Part shown: piece after piece, positions 1-13,097 of the stretch
Numbering within the stretch: position 1 is the stretch's first letter
Layout of the letters: each line of letters starts with the position of its first letter
Assembly: GCA_037379345.1 (NCBI GenBank)
Contig: CM074514.1
Location: 37,634,001 to 37,698,000, forward strand
From: Perna viridis
Lineage: Eukaryota
Length of the DNA: 64,000 bases
Reading direction: 5' to 3'
The notes under the pieces: generated by a model
The model's database searches: none
Seen by the model: only the letters and a program-made list of their open reading frames with translations
What the model was told of the DNA's origin: nothing
Made by a program: the position numbers and the translations under genes

Positions 1-96
1 CAAGATACTTTGATGTTTACAGGAGATTGATCCCAAATGCTGAATACAAACGTTCCATTGATTTGTAAGAGTGGTGCCCTAGATCTACCTCCTGAA
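1..96. mobile_element. MITE family B, right end (cut by the window edge)
   Basis: ...aatgctgaatacaaacgttccattgatt...CCCTAGATCTACCTCC. Confidence 0.7.
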
Positions 97-221
97 TAAT
101 TTCATTAATTTTCAATGCTATGGATATTTTAAAACAATTTATTAATTGTATCGCAATCATTTTGTGAAATGGTCAGGTTTTGACATATCCTGTATTGTAC
201 ATAGTATTGTTTCTTTGGTAT

Positions 222-624
222 TTAAGTAGCTGTCTTTGTAAGAATCATGCAAAATCTGAAAAATGTGATACACCCCAAAAAAGACTACATATTTTTATTT
301 TTGTAAATAAGTTGTTTTGTGGATCTATATTACAAAATGTGTTATAATTCATTCAAATCTACCTGCTCTTAGGAGATAATCAACATTGAAAATCCAATAG
401 ATTCTATTGTATTTGATTGTCATTTACAGAGTTATCTCCCTTACTTTTGAATTCTACAGTGCATTCTATACAATTTTATCTCCTATGAGCATGGGTCATA
501 TGAAATACCAAATGTTAATTTCTGTTTACTAAAGCATTTTAAACAAGATGTCAAAAATAAAAATATGTGGGCTTTCCAACCATGTATCATATTTTGCATG
601 ATTCTTAGCTGGAATGCTACTTAA
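222..624 (+). mobile_element. MITE family A (~395 bp, TTAA-flanked; Kolobok/piggyBac-type target site), copy 1
   Basis: TTAA-GTAGC...AAGAATCATGCAAAAT / ATTTTGCATGATTCTT...GCTAC-TTAA; 3 near-complete copies in the window. Confidence 0.85.
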
Positions 625-664
625 AATTTCAAGTAGTATAGCTATTATTTGATATTTTTCATAG

Positions 665-3600
665 AATACACATGTTGGAAGAACAAGTTAAAGATGTAGA
701 GGTGAAATCAGATGAAAGAGTTTCAGAAGAACAGAAAAAATATAAGGACATTCTGGTAAGAATATCTTTCAAGGCAGTACTTTGAGGAAAATCAAGTAGC
801 ATGTGCACTATTTCCTCCACTGGCCTAATAACTGCTTCCGGTGTATGAACATGTATCACTACCCAATAAAATCTCTTCTTTACTTGTAAAGAAATCTATC
901 ACCACATGCATACATTCTTAATAATATTTGCAAAGGACCCTCAAGCATTTAAGGGAAATGTGTTTACTTTTTGTGAAGAGGCAGAGTTTCTTTTGAGTAG
1001 ATATGAAAAGCTTTAGTGAAAATTAATGAAAACAGAAAAATGTTTTCAATATCGTAGTAAAGGACAAAGAATTTTGAAAAATCTTAACATCATTTTATTA
1101 AGCATATGATCTATCAGAGTTGTTTTCTTATACACTTTCTTTGTAGTTTCTGTTTGATTGCAAATTAAGTTCTACTGATTGTGAACTTCAGTACTACTAT
1201 AATTTCAGTATTTTGCGACTGTTTCGAAAGAATATGGCAAAATGTGTAGGTTGTAATTATGTAGTGTAAACAAGCCATCTACTGTGCCAGCAGAGATGAA
1301 ATGGAAGTCAGATGTATCACTGTTTCCATTAAAAAAACATAAAATGGCTATCATCTAACAATAACATCTTATGTAATTGTCACGACCTTCCACAAGGTCA
1401 TTACTCCATCTTTCAAAGGCCTTCACACTACAGACAATGCTTTTATGTTTCCAGAGATAGCTAAATCCAATAAGGAATTTCCAATATTTTTTACATTCAT
1501 CAAAATTCCATAGTGTTCACCTGTAGAATCAATAGCATTAATTAACTCACCTGTATTGATTTTTGTACTATTAATTCCATAAATGTTAGATAGTTGATTA
1601 CTAGAATTTTGAAGCTTCTGTTCATTTTGTAGTCTCGGCAAGAAAGAGAAAAATCGGAACAAATGGAGTATTTTACACAAAGGTTAGTACCAGTTATTAC
1701 ATTTGTATTTAAATCTTTGGGTTTTCACAGATTTCTCAACTATACAGTAAATGAGGCTTGAGCAGAGTTCTCTCCCATGTTATGTAAATAATGCTTCCAC
1801 CTTGAATATCTTCTGCTGCTCACATTTACTGGAGAAGCTTAAAATTCAATTGGATCTAATATAAGTATACATGATGTATAGGAAAGGACCGTCAGCAACA
1901 TCATTTATATTTATATGCTCTGAAACATTAGTAGCATAAAGTCTTTCTGCAGGAAGTGGCCTCTTCCAGATATGATGTATGTAATAAAGAGGTGATTGAA
2001 CTTTTTGAGCAGATAAACAGCATGTTTTGTGGGAAGTTTCACATATTCCTGTTGGTTCAAGACATTGCCCATATTAACCTAACAGTGCAACATAAAAAAA
2101 GGCAGTAAAAACAGCTCCGTCCTTCACAAGCAAATCATATCTATGCTGAAACATTGGACAGAAATCTGAAAAAAATTCTGTATAAGTGAAATAATTAACA
2201 AATTTGAAGGCAAGACCCAATTCGTCACCAGTATTGCATTGAAATTACTAAGATTACTGTGAAAGTATTATTGTCCGTGGGGTACTAATTTTTGTTGTTT
2301 TCATGGGTTGGTAAACCATGAAATTTGGTTCCCAAGGAGAGGAAATTTCTCAGTCGTTGGATTGATAGAGATGTCAAATCCACAAATTCAAGAATCTGCG
2401 AAATGATAATTTTTCCCAAAACAATGAAAATTGGTACCCACGAATAAATGTACTTTTACAGTAACTAAAAAATATTTCTCTGGCTCTCTCTTGTCTCTTT
2501 CTTGGGTGTTTTTAAAGCCCCCTTTCAATAAGCATATCAATAAGAATTGAAATAAAAAAGTACTTTCCTCATCATTTAAGAGGTTAAAAGTCCACCATAA
2601 GGTAATGATTCATTCATATTTTTTTTTGTACATTTTTCATGTTCAAGCTTAAAATATAGAAGCCACATACAGAAGACAAGTCAATAGTTGTTCCCCAACA
2701 ATGTTTTTTTAGGGGGCAATGTATAAAATTGTCTGTTTTTTAATTCCCTTATTGGCTAACTCATCCATTATCTCCCAATGGACTTCCCATGAAATTTTTC
2801 ATGTAGCTAAGCTATCATATATAGATGTACAAGAAGTAATGTATTTATAGCCAGATATTTGTAAAGGGGGATAATCCGACTAAAGAATTTGACATGTAAA
2901 ATTGGGTGTCGTTCTCTCACAGTTCTATTTTAAAACAACATTATGATACTTATTTTGCGATAATGTATATGTTACTTTAAATTTCAGGCTGCAGAATTTA
3001 GAAAAGGAGAACGAGCTACTTAAAATAGAAAATCCTAAATTAAGGAGCGAGTTGGATAGATTGAAAGTCGTAAGTTAAAAATATTCATTGCAATTTTTGC
3101 CATAGACAAATTCATGGTTAAAGATATTTCAGAAAAGTTATTTTTTAAGAAAAGAATTCAGACAAATTTATCCTTAAAAAATAGAGCTCTAACAAGTTCA
3201 GGGATTAAGTACAGACATATTTATGCTCTTAAAGAAAGTTTTTATACTAATACACTGTAGCGTAGAAACAAAAATGAAGTTCAGTGTGTAATAACAACCA
3301 TTCCCCCACTTGGTAGGATGTGATTTAATGGAACAATAGGTTTATTTTAGTTCAAAGTGGGGTTATAAGACTAACTGCAATAATTTCATATCAATGTAAG
3401 TTTCTTCATAAGTTTCAGAGTCAATTGGTCAAATTAATGGTATTCTAGGTTTAAAAGTATGATGCACGATGCAATTACCCCAATAAAAATTGTCATGTAT
3501 ATTTTATGTTACAGAAAATTTTAAAGAAGACATTTTTACATTATGATTTAAACATATGGTTTGTTTGGGTTTTTTTTCCCAGGAAAAGTTAGCATTGGAA

Positions 3601-6600
3601 GACAAATATACTGAATTACAGGTGGAATATAATGCTGTTATGAATGAGAACTCTGATTTTAAACTTAAATTTGACAGAGAAAGGGAGTCAACAGGCCAGG
3701 TATGTTACAGGCACAATTTTCTCTGTTCTTTGGGCATTTATATTTCACTCACAAATTCATTTTTTAACAGACTTTGAAGTGTTTTGGTTCTCTTTATGTT
3801 TCTTTAAAGGGAATCATTTAGTTATTCAAGAAATCTTGAGTTGCAACCTAATGCTTCACACAGTTGATTGAAACATACAATCAAGTTGAAACTGTCAGTT
3901 GAAAGTTTTAAGTAGCATTTCAGCTAAGAATCATGCAAAATGTGATATATGGTTGGAAAGCCTACATATTTTTATTTTTGATATTTTGTTTAAAATGCTT
4001 CAGTAAACAGAAATTAACATTTGGTATTTCATATAACCCATGCTCATAGGAGATAAAAATTGTATAGAATGCACTGTAGAATTCAAAATTAAGGGAGATA
4101 ACTCTGTAAATGACAATCAAATACAATAGAATCTATTGGATTTTTAATGTTGATTATCACCTAAGAGCAGGTAGATTTGAATGAATAATTACATATTTCA
4201 TAATATAGACCCATAAAACAACTTAATTACAAAAATAAAAATATGTAGTCTTTTTTGGGGTGTATCACATTTTTCAGATTTTGCATGATTCTTACAAAGA
4301 CAGCTACTTAACTAATGGAGAATATTAGTAAAATTTAAAACGACTGATGAATATTGGCATATTTCAGCTTCTTGATGAATTAGGCAAAGAACTTGGTGAA
4401 CTACGCCAATACAAAATAGACGCAGAGGTTAGACCAAGGGGAGATAGTCAACTCCAGACTCAGGGCAAATATCAAAATCTTCAACTAGAAATAAACAGAC
4501 TGAAAGAGGTAGGTGCACAGTAGGTGCCCATAGGAATGCCTGCTTCCCTAACCACTGTGTGGTTCTGTGTGTAGCTTTCTTCAGGCTGTCTTATGGGTTA
4601 ACATATTAGTTGCTGGTTTTATTGTTAATTTGGTAATCTGGACGTTTTTACATAGTTGAAAACTTTCTCATTATATATTTTTGATGTGTGGTGCATTTTA
4701 AATTTGGTTATAATTTATTTCACCATAAAACAACCTGTTTAGGTGTTGTTTTACACTTCTGCACACTCAACAAGTAAATCACAAAAACTAGTGAAAATTC
4801 TTACACTGAGACTTAAAAACATTTTTATAAGGTAGACAAAGTACAGTAATTTTTACTGGAAGAAAAAAAATGAAAAAGATACATGTATGACAATATTTTG
4901 CATTACCCAAAATAACTGATTGATTTCCATCAGGCTTTAACGGTGGAATGGAATACATTATCACAGGTTTGTATCTTCTCGATGGTTTGCTGTGGTATGC
5001 TTGTCCAACCTTCTTGTCACTAGCATGTAGTTTTAACACCTTTTTTTTTAGACATTTCATATTTTTTTTTCTTTTTTTTTTTTCTTTATTTTCTTTTTTT
5101 TTAGTTTTTGAGTAAATTACTCCAAATGTTTTGGTAAACATGTGCCTTTTTGCATGTATATCATCTGGTACACATTATTTCCTAATCCTGTTATGGAGTA
5201 TAAGATACATTTTGGATTTGTTGTATGAATCACTTCTAAATATTTTTTTTATTATCTCCCCTTTCAGTTCTTACTTATTATATATTTTATCTGTTTAGAT
5301 GGCATTGATGGACTTTTATCCTATTTTCCTTGTATAATTAAATCTTTACCTTATCCTCTTTTGAAGTATGCAGTTATTGCCATGAGACTGAATTGGGAAA
5401 ATTGTTTCTTCTTATTATCTCCCCTTTCCTGTTCTCCTTTGAGGTTATGATTTCTTTAATTCAACCATGAGAAATGCTTGCATGAGGTTGACAGTTTTGT
5501 TTAATCTTTTGTAATATTCTTTCTGTAAATTAACAAAAAGATATTTTTGAAAGTGATTGTTATCTTTGATTTTTTTTTAAATTAAACATTTTAACAGCTT
5601 AAAGAAGTGCATGCAAGCTTTAATTTTTTGTTGTCTGCTTTTCTGAACTTTTTTCTTACAAATGGATATTTGACTCAGCTTTCTTTGTCTAGATTAAGTA
5701 GTGTTTAATAGCCTACGCACAATCAGTTACGTATTATGAAATTGGCTGTTTCTGTTGTCAATATATTGCATGATAAATTTGTTGTATGGAGATAGTGTCT
5801 AAAGATAGGTCTTTATTGAAGTGTAGTGTAGTATTTTAACTCCTTTTTACAGCAAGAAAATTAATTTCAGGGAATTATGATTTAATGACCTTTGTTTTGT
5901 AGATAGCAGTGATTTATTGAATGTTCCCAGTGTAAAAAATTTCAATAATTCACACTGTGAAAAAAAAATTTGGTAATTTCTCTCTCAGACTTTCTCCTGC
6001 CCAAACGTCATAACAGGAATATCAATGTGTCAGTCACAAAATTTAAAATTTGTTTTGAAAAAAGCAATTAATTAATGTGGAGATCTATATGATAAATAGG
6101 ATAATCAATTACCAAAATATAATTACTTTTGCCAAGAACACTTGTTTAGGTAACTCATGTACAGAACAAGTAATATATCAGTTATTCACTCATTCCAATA
6201 AAGTACCTGATGAACTTTCCTAGATAGTTAAGGGAGTAGATCTAGGGTAAGGATAATGTTTGTATCATATTCAATTTCACCAAAGTCTATCAAGCTTTCA
6301 TTTGAGACAGAATGAGGTCAGTCCAAGTTAATTTGATGCTTACATGAGATTGATGTAAAATGCTGATTACAAACGTTACAATGATTTGTAAGAGTTGTGT
6401 CCCTTACCCTAGGTCTACCACCTTAAGGGAATTATGATGTGCTCTGTTCTCTCATTCTTCTTAGAGTTCATCTATTGTAAAAATGTAGATACATGTAATT
6501 AATATATGTTATTTTTCATATGCGAAATTGCATTTTTCCTATATCAAATTTGCACACTGTTTTGTAACGATGAAGCAGTTCTTTTTTCCATAATGCATTA

Positions 6601-7942
6601 AGTTCTTATCTGTATCAGTTGTTGAAAAAACTCAATTTCTCTTTTAGGAAAACCGAGGTCTGCATGAGTTGAATGAAGACTTGAATGCTCAACTATTGTC
6701 TAAATGTATAACAGAAGGGCGAACTTTAACAGAAGGTAGTCAGGAACAGTCCCTTGCGTCAGAGTTAGAACACCTTACCAAAACAGAGGTAAATCGACTG
6801 AATATATTAACAGTGAAACCTATCTAAATCATACTCACCTGAAACCTGTCTAAACCATACACTTTTAAAATCCATTTATATTGACTTAAATGTATTTTGA
6901 AACCTGGTAAACCAAACACCTGTCTAAACAGAACATTTAATTAAATCCAAAGGGTTCGGTAGAGACAGGTTTCACTGTAGAGGCATTTTCAAGAACAAAA
7001 TTGTGACCTAAGAAAACCATGCAATCATAATATAAATACCGATCTGTAGACTGAATGCCTTAAGTAGCACTTCCGCTAAGGATCATGCAAAATGTGATTC
7101 ATGGGTAAAAAGCCTACATATTTTTATTTTTGATATTTTGTTTGAAATGTCATAGTAAACATAAATAAACATGTGGTTTTTCATATAACCCATGCTCATA
7201 GGAGATTAAAATTATATAGAATGCACTGTAGATTTCAAAATTAAGGGAGACAATTCTGTAAATGGCACTCAAATACAATAGAATCTACTGTATTTTCAAT
7301 GTCGATTATCTCCTAAGAGCAGGCAGATTTGAATATATAATTACACATTTCATAGTATAGACCCATAAAACAACTTTATTACAAAAATAAAAATATGTAG
7401 CCTTTTTGGGGTGTATCACATTTTTCAGATTTTGCATGATTCTTCCAAAGACAGCTACTTAATACAATAGAAGATGAAGAATCTGTACAAATATTGATAT
7501 CATTTCGTATTAAGTTTCACAATGTTTGCAGCGAGGCAGACATGAACTTTGTAGTTTGCATGATTCTTACAAAGACAGTTACTTAAAATGCAAGTTATGG
7601 GTGTCATACAGTGTTTTGACTGGTAATAATGCCTTTTATAAAGACAGCTACTCACTACTGAATACATACATATATCCATGATGAGATGAGACCTGCAGAG
7701 TAAAAGATTTAATTTTGTTAAATTGAATTTTTATAACTTTAATTTTTGTTGTATCCACAGAAATACTAGTATTTGAGACTTTTAAGGAATGGCAGTTTAT
7801 TGATACTTTTTGCTTTTTCTTTCAGCTGATGAGTAAAGTTCAAGAACAAGAAGTTGAAATCATTAGACTCAAAAGTTACATAGACAAAATATTACTGGCA
7901 ATTTTAGAAAAGAATCCTTCAATACTGGAGATAGTACACTGA
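665..7942 (+). CDS. RAB11FIP4: Rab11 family-interacting protein class II (FIP3/FIP4/nuf-like), 3' part; gene begins upstream of the window
   Basis: GT-AG exons 665-755, 1633-1682, 2988-3069, 3583-3699, 4368-4508, 6648-6788, 7826-7942 join in frame: IHMLEEQVKD...SRQEREKSEQ...LLDELGKELGELRQYK...ENRGLHELNEDLNAQLL...SLASELE...LMSKVQEQEVEIIRLKSYIDKILLAILEKNPSILEIVH*. The C-terminus matches the Rab11-binding domain (RLxxYIDxIxxxIxExxPSILE) after a long coiled coil. FIP3 versus FIP4 cannot be resolved. Confidence 0.9.
2255..2463 (+). mobile_element. MITE family C (~210 bp, TA-CTGTGAAAGTA TIR; Tc1/mariner-type TA TSD)
   Basis: TACTGTGAAAGTA...TACTTTTACAGTA; homologous to the 15475 and 34660 copies. 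Confidence 0.75.
3908..4311 (-). mobile_element. MITE family A, copy 2 (inverted relative to copy 1)
   Basis: Reverse complement of 222-624 with few differences; TTAA on both sides. Confidence 0.85.
4934..4966 (+). CDS. candidate 33-nt cassette microexon of FIP3/4 (ALTVEWNTLSQ)
   Basis: tttccatcag|GCTTTAACG...TCACAG|gtttgt; phase 0-0, matching the flanking exons; no stop; downstream TGCATG cluster. Confidence 0.55.
6228..6426. mobile_element. MITE family B (~200-215 bp, TTAA TSD, TIR GGAGGTAGACCTAGGGTAAGGG)
   Basis: TIRs and TTAA on both sides; 7 copies in the window. Confidence 0.8.
6811..6977. mobile_element. Tc1/mariner-type MITE (TIR CAGTGAAACCT); a related end at 49120-49214
   Basis: CAGTGAAACCTATCT...AGACAGGTTTCACTG-TA, with internal repeats of acctgtctaaac. 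Confidence 0.65.
7060..7462 (-). mobile_element. MITE family A, copy 3 (plus a terminal fragment at 7556-7586)
   Basis: Same orientation and length as copy 2; TTAA on both sides. Confidence 0.85.
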
Positions 7943-10372
7943 TGAAGGTTCAAGTTCATGTTTTACAGTGAAATCAGGCTTTTCTGTGATAACCTGCTCA
8001 GGTCATGAAATACCATGTTGGTATGGTGACCAGGTTCAAGGTCATTTTGGTATTGGTACCAAGTTCAAGGTCATATATGAAAAATGCTGTTTCATTAAGA
8101 TGGCAGTGTATGCAAGTGCTTGAAATTTGGAAAAATATCTTTATTTCGTCCACACAAACTATCAAGCCTTGTCCATTGTTGAGATTTTTTTTATTGTTAT
8201 CATAAATGAAAAATAGTAAAAAGATATTTTTTTTAATTCATTTACATGATTTCCCATTGTCAAGATCAATGCATTACTTATCCAGGGTAGGAAATGAAGC
8301 CAAACGTTGTTTGGAAGATAATGATGCATTAATGCTTTAAGGTATCAGTGCACTGGTATGGAAGAAGTCTCATTTTTTGGACTTAACTTCAGTGTTGATT
8401 ATTTTAATATTTGTTTGAATACTGTCACATACGGCATTTCATAAATTTACAATGCACTCCTTCATTTGTATGTTAATTGTATGCATTTATTTGCTATGTG
8501 GCATTTTGTGGGTTAATTGGGCAATGATGTGACTTCACTTCAGTTTGCAGAGTCTGTATAAATGATTGGTTAACAAATGAATACATATATGTCATTTGTA
8601 ACAAGTTTGAATTCATTTCTTGTGATAGTGCTTACGTGTTTTTTCATTTGGTTCATTCAAAAAAAAAAAATTCCTACATTATTGTTTTTTTCATTGTTCA
8701 GCAAGATCATAATCTTAAGATTGCTTTTGCAACAATGCAAAATATTCTATTTTCATCAGCTCTTGATAATAAGATGGGTTTTATTTGTCTTGATAAATTT
8801 TTCTGTAATTTTCTGCTATTTCATTTTTCGTCATGGTGGCTTTGCTAAATTTGTAAATGTTTCTCATAATTGAGTTTTGACGGCATACATGCCATAAACA
8901 TATGGAAAATCTGAGGATGAAGTATAAGAAACCATATGATATTTGTAATTCCTTTTCTGATCCAAATTTGTTAACAAGTCTAGTCTTGAAATCAATGTCT
9001 CTCATAATGACTATACCAACGTTTTTTGTAACTTTAATTTATTTCTTAATTTAATTATTGAAAATTGTAAACACCTGTGTAGTTTTATACCTTTTTATAC
9101 ATATTTGTGTAGAAAAATGATGAAATCATGGCATTAGTGTCAAAGTCTGTATTTTTAATTTATCTTATGTAAATGTTATTATTTTTATTCATCGTCTTTT
9201 CTTTGTAAAATTATGTTTTGTAAAATACGATATTTTGATATTACTTGTTGACATTGATGATATACAATGTAACTGTTTCCAAACAATTTGTTCAATGATA
9301 TTTGGAGTGGCAAAACAGTATATCCTTTATCCTTAATAGCTTGAGATGCACATATCCAAGGGCAGATAATTAAGTTTATTATGTAAGATCATTTTTTTTT
9401 TCATTACTGTTTTACGATCTAGATACAGCTTAAGACATCAGATATTGATAAAAGACGGATTTAAGAGAGCTTACCCTTAAAAAAATTTATGGAAAATATA
9501 CATGTACATGTATTATTGTCCTGATTAATATTGGTAAGAAATTTTTTTGCTTTGTTTATGTTTAAATGTGACTAGTTTGACCATTTTCTTTACTCTGCAC
9601 TAAAAAGACCATTATCAGGACCACAAATCATGCTTTTCATTTATCCAATGTTTTCATGTTTTGGAAGCAGCAACACGATTTCTACACAAACAACATTCCA
9701 TTTTTCCTTGCCTTAACATTTTATACTTGGATTTATATTTTATGGTACATGAAAAGCTAGCTGTGATTCTGGTCAAGTTCTATTGTCTTTCTGTTGTACA
9801 AAATGCATTTGTAACAGAGTTATATTGTTAGCCATAAAATGAACTTCAAAATGAAGCTGTTATCCCTAGTGAAAGTTTCACAATTTGTTAAAAATAATGG
9901 CTAAAATGATCTCGATGATTATGTTAAAGGAATTTCCTGTCAGTTCTGAAAATATATTTTTTACACAACTTCTTCTTGATTCCATTATAGTTCAATAAAT
10001 CAATTTTAAATCTGGCACACTTGCTTTTTTTCAACTTTTCAGTTCTGAAAAAGGCCAACAATGTCATTTAAAAGGGTTGTTTTACCCAAATTTTTCACGT
10101 TGAACAGACATACATATTTTCATAATGAAGCTGCTCACTGGTACTAATGACAATTTAATAAAAAATATTGATATTTCTATAATTTCAAGTTTACCTCAAT
10201 TCAGTTCATATATGTAAACTTGAATTCAAGCTTATGATATTCATACCTGAATTGTTGCAGCATGTATAAAATCACAAAATAAAATGTGAAAGTATTTTGT
10301 GTGTCTCATTTCATCAATTTTATTTGACTGTGTTTTTAGACAGAGTGTATTATGGTATACCGGTGTCTGACC

Positions 10373-10374
<2 letters not shown>

Positions 10375-10403
<29 letters not shown>

Positions 10404-10470
10404 GTAAAGCTTTATTTTGAGAGGATAACACAGTTAGTGTACAAGAACTAATCTTCCCCGAGGCCCTCAT
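10375..10470 (-). mobile_element. 3' tail of a LINE/SINE ending in (ATT)n; appears as an (AAT)n microsatellite on +
   Basis: Minus strand reads gagggcctcggggaagattagtt...tatcctctcaaAATAAAgctttact(att)n. Confidence 0.5.
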
Positions 10471-11873
10471 GCAACACAAATGGAGTCAGATATTATATAC
10501 ACACGTCTGTCGTTCACACTTAGCACAAAAAAATGATGCAACAGATTTTCACGAAACTTTGGAGAATGTTTTTCTTTTCTATTTAAATGTGAGATTCCAT
10601 TCATTTTTTTTTCAGGTTTTTGATCCTCCAGGATCAAAATACCTTATGTCATCAGTTCATATCAGAAACTTTCGTACTATTTATGAACCCATATTTTTTT
10701 TTAAAACAGTAAAAAAGTGTATAAATCAGTCGAGTGTGACAGAAAGTCAGCGAAGAATACAAAAAGTTGCAAGCTTTATACCTTCTAAATCAAGACATTA
10801 CACTTTACAGGTGCATTCCAGGGACAACTCACAACTGTACTTGCTCTGCTGCTTATGAAATTACTGTTTTTCGTAAAGTTTGGTTATCTATGACTTTCCC
10901 AAGATAAAGTTTTTTTCAGTTATAATGACAAAATTTTGCCCCAGAATCTTTAAAGCCCAGTTGGTTGTTCCCTCCAAATTTTATTTCTAAAAATACATAT
11001 ATGTTAACCTTGGAACAGTTCTTGTAAGAGGTTCTTCCCATTGACACTGTCTCGTGGGCAATGTTCATGTATAAGCAAACTGTACATGTCAAAATTCAAT
11101 TATTTAGTATTTTTCACAGAAAAAATAGTACTTTTAACCACAGGAAGATTTTAAATTTGTCATTGGATTTATGGGAGTCTCCCTCCAATGTGGCATGATT
11201 AACTGGTATGATATAAACCCTGACACTCTACTTTGTTACAAAAGCCAATGCCAAATAGCGTGTTTGTGTGCTTGAGGTGGGAACCAATTAAAGACAAGTG
11301 AGAATCAAAAATTTGTAAGTCCTAGCATTAGGTAGGGACAACAACGTTTTAAACACATACTTGAAATGGAATGAAATCACCTAGGGTATGTATCAATAAT
11401 CAAACTGCAAGTATTGTAAAAATTTAACACAAAAAATAAACAATGATCAAAAGAACCCCAGTCTAATTAAAATTAGTCCCTCTGATTTTTAAGGAAAAAA
11501 ATGCTAGGTCTAATTTTAATTAGACTGCAAGAACCCAGACACCAACTTGACATGGAAAATTATTGTTCACATACAATGTAGATACTATCTTCAAACAAGC
11601 TTGTTAAATATGCTACGCACTTCAGCTGCATTATCTCCCATTTGCAAATATCCAGAGATAATCATCCATTATCATGTACATTTACACTATAAGTCTTCCT
11701 GTAAATTTTCATCAAAATCCATAAAACAACAATTTTAAGGAGAAGTTGTGCTTACTGGTACAAGCCAAGGTATATGGAGGAAAGTTATTCCTAGGTATTT
11801 TTTTACCCTCTCAAATCTTGAAAAGGATACAGTTAAGATAAAAAGTTCAATCTGACTCATTTCAACATGTAAT

Positions 11874-12995
11874 TTATTTTATAATATTCTTCAACATATA
11901 TTTTAAGGCTGTTGGAATGGGCAACAAATCAATATTAGAGTCAGAATATTGTCTCAAATGCTTCAATATACAAAAACTGCTTAATTCTTGCAAAGTTCTA
12001 GGCATTGAAGCATAATATTTAAAAATCGACACTAAAGAAGGATTATTAACCAGAGATGATGGATACCGATCCTCCTGTATCCATACTTCCCTGCTACAAT
12101 TGTATCCAGAATTTATAAGTAACATGACTATATCGTGGCAATAGTATTCACAAGCTGCTGTAAACAGGGGCGAGCCTTCAGCACTTGCATAAAAGTCTGC
12201 ACCTAACTCAATGAGACACTTGGCATTATCATAACAGTTATGAGTACATGCTATATGGAGAGCTGTATTTCCTTCACCATCTCTTTCATTTAATGGAACT
12301 TTATTTTCCACCAAATAGCGGAGGATTTCTACTTTGTGTTTTTTAATTGTGTACGATGATATGTGTAAAATGTTATCATTGATAGGAGTCTTCAATGTTA
12401 ATGAAGCATCTGCTTCATGCAGCACTTTTACAATGGATAAATGGCCATATGCCGCAGCATGGTGAATTGATGTCCATCCATCATCATCAACAGCGTCCAC
12501 ATTAGCCCCATGTGAAAGTAAGACCTGAGCTGCCTCATGATGATTTAGGGCAGCTGTGCAATGTAGAGGAGTGAATCCATCTATCTGTGTTGCATTTACA
12601 TTGCATCCTACAGAAATTAAATATTGTAATGTATGAATGTGTCCAAATGAAGCTGCCCAATGTATAGGAGTTCTTCCCTCAGCATCCAAGCTTTCAACAC
12701 TCGCATTATTTTCCACTAACTTCCTCACACATCCAGTGTAACCTTTAGCTGATGCAATGTGTATTGGACGTTTTTTCCATTTGTGGTCAGTATAATCAGG
12801 AGTATCTAGATCACACTTGCATTCAATTAAAATACTTAGAACATCTTCCCTACCATTTGAAGCTGCTTCAACAATTGGGGATTTTCCATTGTATAAAAAT
12901 ATTGGACTTATCTGCTTCCCATAGATTAAGAATTTGACATGTTCTGTATCATCCCTAGCAATAGCATCCAATAGTGAAATTTGATCATTTGGCAT
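11874..12995 (-). CDS. ankyrin repeat and SOCS box protein (ASB family), 373 aa, single coding exon
   Basis: About 8 ankyrin repeats (GRTPIHWAA, GFTPLHCTA, GNTALHIAC) and a C-terminal SOCS box PRTLQELSSFCILKHL...IDLLPIPTALKYML. Acceptor tttcag| at 13027-13032 on the minus strand, 31 nt before the ATG. Confidence 0.93.
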   Translation of the reverse strand: MPNDQISLLDAIARDDTEHVKFLIYGKQISPIFLYNGKSPIVEAASNGREDVLSILIECKCDLDTPDYTDHKWKKRPIHIASAKGYTGCVRKLVENNASVESLDAEGRTPIHWAASFGHIHTLQYLISVGCNVNATQIDGFTPLHCTAALNHHEAAQVLLSHGANVDAVDDDGWTSIHHAAAYGHLSIVKVLHEADASLTLKTPINDNILHISSYTIKKHKVEILRYLVENKVPLNERDGEGNTALHIACTHNCYDNAKCLIELGADFYASAEGSPLFTAACEYYCHDIVMLLINSGYNCSREVWIQEDRYPSSLVNNPSLVSIFKYYASMPRTLQELSSFCILKHLRQYSDSNIDLLPIPTALKYMLKNIIK

Positions 12996-13097
12996 AGTAC
13001 AAGGCCTTTAGCTGTTAACCATGTCTCTGAAATGACATAAAATTGAGATCCATTTTATTTACTAGTTTATTACATTATAATTCATGAGATTTAACGG

